Positions 55,201 through 64,000 of a stretch of 64,000 bases of DNA are shown here, one piece after another. This stretch comes from Eledone cirrhosa. Lineage: Eukaryota. The notes beneath the pieces are model-generated. The model saw nothing but the letters and a program-made list of their open reading frames with translations, searched no databases and was not told where the DNA came from. Every line of letters starts with the position of its first letter. Position 1 is the stretch's first letter. The stretch spans positions 16,430,001 to 16,494,000 of the forward strand of contig OZ024746.1 in assembly GCA_964016885.1 (NCBI GenBank), in the 5' to 3' direction. The position numbers were made by a program, and so were the translations under genes.

Positions 55201-58200
55201 AGTAGCAGGCAGATGGTACTGGGTTACATGGTACCAGTAGCAGGCAGATGGTACTGGGTTACATGGTACCAGTAGCAGGCAGATGGTACTGGGTTACATG
55301 GTTCCAGTAGCAGGCAGATGGTACTGGGTTACATGGTACCAGTAGCAGGCAGATGGTACTGGGTTACATGGTACCAGTAGCAGGCAGATGGTACTGGGTT
55401 ACATGGTTCCAGTAGCAGGCAGATGGTACTAAATTTATTGACATTGAAAGGTCAGGTTATCACTGATCAAATTTCAACTGAGAATGTAGAGCGAAATGAG
55501 TAAATTCTGCAAAGTATTTAGCCTGTAGCTCTCCTCACTTAATAAAATATAATGGAGGGGGCTGAAACTTACCAAATGAGGGATGAAATATAAGGCAACA
55601 CTCTGGAAAAGGGAATCTACTAAAACACCAAAGAATGACCATTTTGTGTAGAGCTGGAATTAAAAGAAAGGTTTACTTTACAACTGAACTGTCATTTAGA
55701 CGTGTCTCTCTCTCTCTCTGATGCACTTATCACTTCTGGACTCGGTGTGTCTTATGGTACCAACACTGTACATGGTTAGTGTTCGTACCACAATAAGATG
55801 CACCCAGTACACTCTGTAAGAGTGACAGTGCTGGTACCACAAAATACACCCAGTTCAATCGGTAAAGTCATAGTGCTGGTATCACTAAAAACATACCCAT
55901 GCTCATGTCACAACAGACACACTACATCTGTCACAACAGACACACTACATCTGTCACAACAGACACACTACATCTGTCACAACAGACACACTACATCTGT
56001 CACAACAGACACACTACATCTGTCACAACAGACACACTACATCTGTCACAACAGACACACTACATCTGTCACAACAGACACATTACATCTGTCACAACAG
56101 ACACATTACATCTGTCACAACAGACACATTACATCTGTCACAACAGACACATTACATCTGTCACAACAGACACACTACATCAGTCACAACAGACACTACA
56201 GTCACAACAGACACACTACATCTGTCACAACAGACATTACATCTGTCACAACAGACACTACATCAGCCACTACAGTCACAACAGACACTACATCTGTCAC
56301 AACAGACACACTACATCTGTCACAACAGACACACTACATCTGTCACAACAGACACTACATCTGTCACAACAGACAATACATCTGTCACAACAGACAATAC
56401 ATCTGTCACAACAGACAATACATCTGTCACAACAGACAATACATCTGTCACAACAGACAATGGTTACATCTTCAATAGTTTTTAAAAAGCAAGAGTGTGC
56501 TTTACCTCTCCTCTTGGTCCTTGTTTGTAAAGTTCAGGATTATCCAATAATGTCTCAGCAGATAAATCTTTGTCTAGAATCCCATTAAGAATCGGTGGAA
56601 GGGATGTAAATAGAACATGTTCTAGCATGAGAAATATACTACCAAGTTGCATGGAACCAGAATAACCACTAAAAAGTTGGTACCAGAAGAGAACAAATGT
56701 GGAAATCTGGGAAAGAGAAAAAAAATTATAAATGTAGACTTTCAACATTGTTTATATTTTTAGTCATACTCTTCACATACCATGGAATTCCTTAAATTTT
56801 GGAAACTGTTGGTAAATAAAGTAAAAAATGGAAATGGAGTGCATGTATATATATATATATATATATATAGTAGACGGGGAATATGTTATTAACTACAATT
56901 TTAGTTTTAGCATACACAAGGTTTAAAATATTTATAAAGTATTTTCACCTTTGAAGTTTTGTGCTGAAAAGCACAAATGTCTCACATTTACCAGTCACAT
57001 AATTCATAAAAAATTACATTGCATGATACCTTTACTAGCAACCTGTCGTCTGGAACCACCTTTGGTTCTATGATACCAAACTTTATTTTTAAGTGTCTAT
57101 AATCATCATCATATAACATCCATTTTCTTTGTTAGCAAGGGTGAGACTGGTCACTACAGACCAAGTCAGAATTTAATCAGAGCTACTGACCTTTTAGAAA
57201 GGTCAGGGATCCCACATCTTGCTTACATATATTCCTGCACTCCAAGTGCACTAGATGCATTTTAATGTAGCACCAGCACTATAGAGGTTGTCATGTCTGA
57301 CACTTCTGATGAGTCCTCCTCACCCTTTATTTGGCAGGTTTTCTGCAGCTAGATGCCCTTCCTATCAACCACTTTATCTAACAACCTTCCATCATAATTA
57401 TAGATAAGAAACTGTTATATTCTGGAGAAAGTTCATTATAATACTAAATCCTTTCAAATTATTTTCCCAGTGATTTGAAAATTATAAGTTATCTTTCCAA
57501 GGAAATATACTTATGAAAGGTTAAAAAGGTGAAAGAAAATGTTTTACTCACCAGATTTTTATAGAACATATACATAAGGAAGTGAGTGAAGCGATGGTAG
57601 CACCAATGTCCATGAACAAGGAGAAGTTGTTTTAGAAATCTAAACCTTGCAATAGAAAAATCTGAAGACATTACAGCTTGCATGCCTTCCTGACCAGAAA
57701 TACCAATACCAATGTCAGCAGTTTGAATCATATTCACATCATTGGCACCATCACCTGTGCAGAAGAAACATACAACATTGATTATCAATTTAAGCTTCTC
57801 TTGATCATGTTGTTGTTGTTGGTGGTGAACCCTATTTCATATCTGATTGAGTAGTTGTATGATCAAATACTTTCCAGCCATGATCAGCCTGTCATCTTTT
57901 CAGGAATAGTGTGTCTAAGACTACAATATGACTTTTTAAATAGTAGAGTGGGATCTAAGGCAGATTTGACAGCTTTTTCTAGCAGGTTCAGTGACCATGT
58001 AGAAATTCCTATATTGTCATTTCAGGAATGTTGTCATCAAGGGATTAGTTGTCAGCCTGTGGTGCACTCTCCCAACCTGTGGTGCACTCTCCCAGCCTGT
58101 GGTGCACTCTCCCAGCCTGTGGTGCACTTTCCCAACCTGTGGTGCACTCTCCCAACCTGTGGTGCACTCTCCCAACCTGTGGTGTACTCTCCCAGCCCGT

Positions 58201-60762
58201 GGTGTACTCTCCCAACCTGTGGTGTACTCTCCCAGCCTGTGGTGTACTCTCCCAGCCTGTGGTGCATCTAATTTGTGCCTAAGCAGAGAAATTTAAATGT
58301 AATTTGAAGACTTCTGGTTTATTTCTGTTTAATAAATTAAATAAAATTCTAAATCTGCTGAAGAGATCCCCCCTCCCCACACACACAAGTTTTAGCCAGG
58401 TGTGAATGGCATGGAGAAGAGAAATCCAATAGTAAATATTTTTAAAAAAATCAATTATAGACAGACATATGTACAGACCATCATTCTACATAGATACCAA
58501 CAGACAGATAAGCAAACATTTTGATCTAGTTTATATAATTAGAGAGAGAGACAAAGAGAAAGGTTAACAGACAAATAAGCAGGTAGACAGCCAAATATAC
58601 AGTTAAACAGAGACTTGATAGAAAGATAGAGAGGTGAGAAAGACATTACTTACCAACAGCAAGAGTCAGCTTCTTGAGGTCATCTCTGACAGCACGCACA
58701 ACTGCCCCCTAAACAACATAAGACATTACCAAGACAGTTAACACAACTACACCCTATACAATATAAGACAATACTTGAACAGTCAATAGAGAAAGAGAAC
58801 AAAATATATTTTAAATTTTGTTCACACCAATGTTCCTGAGACTGACCAAAATCCATCAACATCATCACGGTTTAACATTTTCCATGATTACATGAATAAG
58901 ATAGGTGTCACATTGAGGCTAGATAGTTCAGCTGTCTTTGTCTTGCTCATAAAATGTTTTCAGCTTGGTTTTCTATAGTTTAATGCCAACCACCTTCCAG
59001 TGTTGATTGGGTGGTTTTTGTTGTAGCACCTTATAGGGTGGACTGGGTGCTTTTTGTTGTAGCACCAGAACAACGACCTTATAGGTAATGGAAGGTATTG
59101 ACCAAATACAGCTATATTTAAAGATACACGCAGAAGAAACAGTCACACACACATATACAGAGTGTGGACAATATTTGTTCACAATTTTCAACTGCTAATT
59201 TTATGCAAATTTTTTTTACTTCCGTTCTCACTCTTGTCTTCACGAAAACAGTGACTATATTTTCATTATTTATTTTCAGAATAATCGATTATCAATAATT
59301 TTGAACCTCCAAATTTGTGGAAGAGACACAGAGTTCTTCTTGGAATCCGTGCCAGGAGGACAAATAAGGAAATTTCAGACTTTCTCAGCATCAGCAGGAG
59401 AATGGTGAAAAAGGTCAGAAAGGAATTGGAAGATTCAGGATTCGACTACGAAGCAACATCAGAGAGGAAAACGTGATCGAAAACATGATCGACGATCTGA
59501 CGCCTTCAGAACACCTGAGTTCGTCGCTGAAGTTCAGGATATCATCAACAATGAACCTAGCAAGTCGATGCATGCCATTGCAAGGGAGAAAGGCGTGGAT
59601 GAAAAGCTCATTAGGCTGGTGGTACATGAAGACATTCGCTACGTTTCACACAAGATGAGGAAAGGACAATTTCTGTCAAAGGCTATGCAAGAAAAGCGAC
59701 TGAAGCACGCAAAGAAGCTGATCAACAAGTTGAAACACCCACTGGAGCCAGACATGCTGTAGTTTTTCTCCGACGAGAAAAACTTCTGCCAAGACCAGAA
59801 GATCAACTCCCAGAACCACAGGTGGCTCGCTGTCTCATCCAAAGACGTGCCCACAGTCATGCAGACAAAATTTCCAGCGACAACATTGGTCTTAGGTGTT
59901 GTCAGCAGTCAAGGTGACGTCATGCCACCTCACTTCTTCCCTGAGGGCCTCAAGCTGAACACCGATGGCTACATCCGCGTTCTGAGCGAGGTAGTAAAGC
60001 CCTGGATCGACCAGGTAGCTGCAGGTAGGCCGTACGTGTGGCAGCAAGACTCAGCGCCCTGCCATACCAGCCGAAAGACCCAAGCCTGGCTGTCAGAGAA
60101 CTTCGTCGACCACACTTCACCTGACATCTGGCCTGACTGCAACCCCCTCGACTTCTTTGCGTGGGGCGCAGTGGAACGAGACACCAACAGATCTAGCTGC
60201 AATACGAAAGACGATCTGAAGGCCAGGATCACAAGTGCCTTTAGGGGCCTAAGTTGGGGGACAGTGACGAAGGCCTGTAGCCGGTTCCGAGGCCGTTATC
60301 AAAGCCAATGGCGGTTTTATCGAGTGAGATCGAAAGAACAAGTCATGAAGACAAACTGACCTAAGTTTGATAAATATATCTTAAAAAATAAAACTGTGTT
60401 ATTTTTTCCTAGACAGTAATCTTGCGAACAGATATCGTCCGCACCCTGTATATATGTACACATATATATACATGTATATACATATTTGCACATATATTCC
60501 TATACACAAACACACATGTGCACACAAATGAAGAAACCTAGCCATGCAGAAGACATAAATAAATAGTGTTTACCTTTTGAAGTGGTGTCACTCTACAACA
60601 GACTACAGAGTTACATAAAACAACAAGTTTTAGGAAGCATTCATGACAATCTTTCTCCAGAGCAAAAGACAGTGTAGTGCCATCAATTATCAAACCAACT
60701 TCCTTGGAATGGTCGTTATAGATCTGGCTTAGGTACTCTTTCATAAGCTCTAGAGTTTGTTG
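50585..60762 (-). CDS. P4-type ATPase phospholipid flippase, ATP10-like (class V), last 8 coding exons, 5'-truncated
   Basis: Exons (minus) 60762-60574, 58708-58654, 57754-57552, 56706-56506, 55653-55573, 53584-53480, 52781-52594, 50828-50585. Motifs: [78 protein letters not shown] and HGHWCY favour the ATP10 subfamily. The specific paralog cannot be assigned. Confidence 0.92.
51032..51217 (-). mobile_element. SINE family A
   Basis: Full-length reverse-complement copy. Confidence 0.85.
54055..55430. repeat. 35-bp minisatellite, about 39 copies
   Basis: Unit GGTACTGGGTTACATGGTACCAGTAGCAGGCAGAT. Confidence 0.97.
55905..56470. repeat. 23/21-bp minisatellite
   Basis: Unit TACATCTGTCACAACAGACACAC and 21-bp variants. 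Confidence 0.95.
58050..58268. repeat. 20-bp minisatellite, about 11 copies
   Basis: Unit GTGGTGCACTCTCCCAGCCT. Confidence 0.93.
59158..60448 (+). mobile_element. Full-length decayed Tc1/mariner DNA transposon, maT (DD37D)-like, in an intron of the P4-ATPase
   Basis: TA-flanked TIRs of about 27 bp: CAGAGTGTGGACAATATTTGTTCACAA and, as reverse complement of the right end, CAGGGTGCGGACGATATCTGTTCGCAA. Length 1291 bp. Internal transposase remnants are present. Confidence 0.92.
59310..60327 (+). pseudogene. Disrupted transposase of the maT-like element
   Basis: HTH-like N-terminus ([16 protein letters not shown]), FFSDEKNF preceded by an in-frame TAG at 59760-59762, [12 protein letters not shown][..][11 protein letters not shown] and a frameshifted C-terminal KANGGFIE*. 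Confidence 0.88.
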
Positions 60763-61564
60763 CTGGAAAGAAAAAAAAACACAAAAAACTAAAACAAACC
60801 AAGAAGTATTGGGAAAATTTGAAATGCGTGCACCCAAACACAAATGACCATAATAATAGTTGATCACTATGAATAATAATTGAGAAAATTAGGTAGAATG
60901 CAACTGGAGACAAGAAAGTTGACAGAGGTATGTCTGTCCACTTTTTTCATCTCCAGATGAAGTATAATTTTTATATAAAACACCAGCTTAAAAATGAGAA
61001 AATCCCTACAAATTCTTGATTATTTTCAAAATTATTTAAAAATCATAGGCAGTGTCAGTCATTAGAATTATGGTAATTAAAGTGTTTATATTTATCAAAG
61101 CCGTTCATCATAATTTTATCAAAGAACCTTTATGCTAAGTTCCAAACAGTACCTTAAAAATGAGCAAGTTATATTAATAAATCCCTTCAAATTCTTTGAA
61201 AATCATAGGCAGTGTCTTTCATTAGATATGTGATAATGAAAGGGTTAATAACATAGGCGGTGTTTTTCATTAGAAATATGGTAATGGAAGGGTTAAAGAC
61301 AGACAGTGTCTTTCATTAGAAATATGATGATGAAAGGGTTAAACATAGATAATGCCTGTCATTAGAAATATGTTATTCATTTTAATGAAAAGTTAACATA
61401 GAAATTAGGTTTTCTGTTACAATCTTTCTGTTGTTGATAAACTTCACTAATGAGACCTAATGATTGTGAAGTGAACTTCTTAACCATTTGGCCACGATAT
61501 ATGACACTAAACACAAAGTTCTTATATATATATATATATTTCATGCTTGGATGTAATATACAGC

Positions 61565-62552
61565 AAACTATCTTATGTGAATATTGAAAACAATAATATC
61601 AAAATATCTGATACTAAATATAGTCATGAAACAACATCAAACTATCTTATGTGAATATTGAAAACAATAATATCAAAATATCTGATACTAAATATAGTCA
61701 TGAAACGACATCAAACTATCTTATGTGAATATTGAAAACAATAATATCAAAATATCTGATACTAAATATAGTCATGAAACGACATCAAACTATCTTATGT
61801 GAATATTGAAAACAATAATATCAAAATATCTGATTCTAAATATAGTCATGAAACGACATCAAACTATCTTATGTGAATATTGAAAATAATAATATCAAAA
61901 TATCTGATTCTAAATATAGTCATGAAACAACATCAAACTATCTTATGTGAATATTGAAAACAATAATATCAAAATATCTGATTCTAAATATAGTCATGAA
62001 ACGACATCAAACTATCTTATGTGAATATTGAAAATAATAATATCAAAATATCTGATTCTAAATATAGTCATGAAACGACATCAAACTATCTTATGTGAAT
62101 ATTGAAAATAATAATATCAAAATATCTGATTCTAAATATAGTCATGAAACGACATCAAACTATCTTATGTGAATATTGAAAACAATAATATCAAAATATC
62201 TGATACTAAATATAGTCATGAAACGACATCAAACTATCTTATCTGAATATTGAAAACAATAATATCAAAATATCTGATTCTAAATATAGTCATGAAACGA
62301 CATCAAACTATCTTATGTGAATATTGAAAACAATAATATCAAAATATCTGATTCTAAATATAGTCATGAAACGACATCAAACTATCTTATGTGAATATTG
62401 AAAACAATAATATCAAAATATCTGATTCTAAATATAGTCATGAAACGACATCAAACTATCTTATGTGAATATTGAAAACAATAATATCAAAATATCTGAT
62501 ACTAAATATAGTCATGAAACGACATCAAACTATCTTATGTGAATATTGAAAT
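61565..62552. repeat. 74-bp minisatellite, about 13 copies
   Basis: AAACTATCTTATGTGAATATTGAAAACAATAATATCAAAATATCTGAT...GACATC with period 74. Confidence 0.96.
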
Positions 62553-62624
62553 AGTAACAACAAAGTATATAGTTAAAATATTTAAAATAATAACTACATT
62601 AATAACAATAAGGTATATAATGAT

Positions 62625-63155
62625 GTCATGTTCCCACAACTGGTGCAGCCAGTCTTTGGGGTGCCACTCTAGTTATGTTTGCAGTCAATTGTCACTGGTC
62701 TCTATTCTCCGTCATGCGTAGATGGGTCTCAGTGTTGTGACCAGTCTTTGATGTTGTTGGACCAGGATTTTCTTTGTCTGCCTCTTCTCCATCTCCCTTG
62801 ACTGTGCCCTGAAGGATGGTTTTGGTAGGATATATGACCATACCAGGCAAGCTTCTGTCTTTTCCCCAATCTGCTATCATATTTATTAACTTGCTGCCCA
62901 TCAAAGTTGTTTGTTTTGTGTTCCATGTACAGGATGTGTAGCAACCTTCTGAAGCACTTGTGCTCAAATGACTCAATTCTTTGTTCCATGTCAGCTGTGA
63001 GAGTCCAACTCTTACATCAATACAAAAGGATTGACGTCACCAAGGACTTATATAGTTTGAGCTTCGTTGGAAAACTAATTGCAAAAGTGGCCAGGGTAAG
63101 TCATGTCAGTACCTCCTTTTGAGATCTGCCATCTTTGGTCAGAGTGGACCCTAGG
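62625..63155 (-). mobile_element. RTE-clade LINE 3' fragment
   Basis: ESFEHKCFRRLLHILYMEHKTN, KRQKLAWYGHI, TILQGTVKG and RRGRQRKSWSNNIKDW, spread across frames. Confidence 0.75.
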
Positions 63156-63159
63156 TACT

Positions 63160-63660
63160 TGATATATAGTACAAATATATACAAAGTATATAGTACAAAT
63201 ATTGAAAATAGTAATCACATTACTAACAACAAGGTATATAGTACATATTAGTACATATATTAAATGTAGCAACAACATTACTCACAAGGTATATAGAACA
63301 TATATTGAATGTAGTAACATTACTGACAAGGTATATAGTACCTATATTGAATGTAGTAACAACATTACTAACAAGGTATATAGTACCTATATTGAATGTA
63401 GTAACATTACTGACAAGGTATATAGTACAAATGTTGAATATAGTAACAACATTACTAACAAAGTATATAGTACATATGTTGAATGTAGTAACAACATTAC
63501 TAACAAGGTATATAGAACATATATTGAATGTAGTAACAACATTGCTAACAAAGTATATAGTACATATATTGAATGTAGTAACAACATTACTAACAAGGTA
63601 TATAGTACCTATGTTGAATGTAGTAACAACATTACCAACAACAAAGTATATCATACAAAC
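63160..63660. repeat. 42-45-bp minisatellite, about 11 copies
   Basis: TATATAGTACATATATTGAATGTAGTAACAACATTACTAACAAGG units. These produce several repetitive ORFs. Confidence 0.92.
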
Positions 63661-64000
63661 AGTTACATACCTTATTAGAACATGACAGATATAGAACTTG
63701 TTGATCAGTTGAAAAGAGTTTTGTTGAATAAGCCACCTGCACTGCTGTTTCCTGGGGTGAAAGAATGACAAGTTCGGTTTAGAATAAATGTTAGATTAAA
63801 ATTATGTTTGGGGAGTTGTTTAGAATTATACAACCTATACAGTATTAAACTTTACACCAGAGTGGATCAACTGTGTTCACAGGAGAAAATTCTGGGGACC
63901 GAGGCCCCTTTTTATCCCTGACCCCTACTGTATTGTGTATTGTTTTATGGCCAGAATTTTATTAAAGCACCCAAGAAACCTCCTATGAGATACAACTTCA

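Noticed and set aside
55798-56588. Repetitive ORFs of 226-229 aa (also 12483-12797, 15124-15770, 57855-58296 and 63202-63771)
   Set aside because: They are translations of minisatellites inside introns, with no splice or homology support.

Overview
AT-rich, repeat-dense animal genomic DNA. The SINE, RTE-LINE and minisatellite content suggests a cephalopod such as octopus (inference). It is not prokaryotic: there is no CRISPR array or operon. Four spliceosomal genes were reconstructed by hand from GT/AG boundaries with consistent phases. (1) DNAI7/CASC1, + strand, 5'-truncated, 17 coding exons, 521-29931. (2) NDUFA9, - strand, complete, 11 exons, 41689-30286. (3) TXNL4A/Dim1, + strand, intronless CDS 44810-45238, head-to-head with NDUFA9. 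(4) The 3' part of an ATP10-like P4-ATPase, - strand, 8 exons, 60762-50585. Introns hold about 15 minisatellites, three SINE families, RTE fragments, a small Helitron and a full-length decayed maT/DD37D Tc1-mariner element. Most long ORFs in the supplied track are repeat artefacts. No clearly new biological system can be proven from sequence alone. The best leads are DNAI7 intronic arrays copied from its own splice acceptors or exon starts (one forming about 30 AG/GT-flanked in-frame 36-nt micro-exon-like units), two Penelope-type hammerhead-like motifs, several long intronic hairpins, and an Asn-to-His change at the conserved TM6 position of the flippase.
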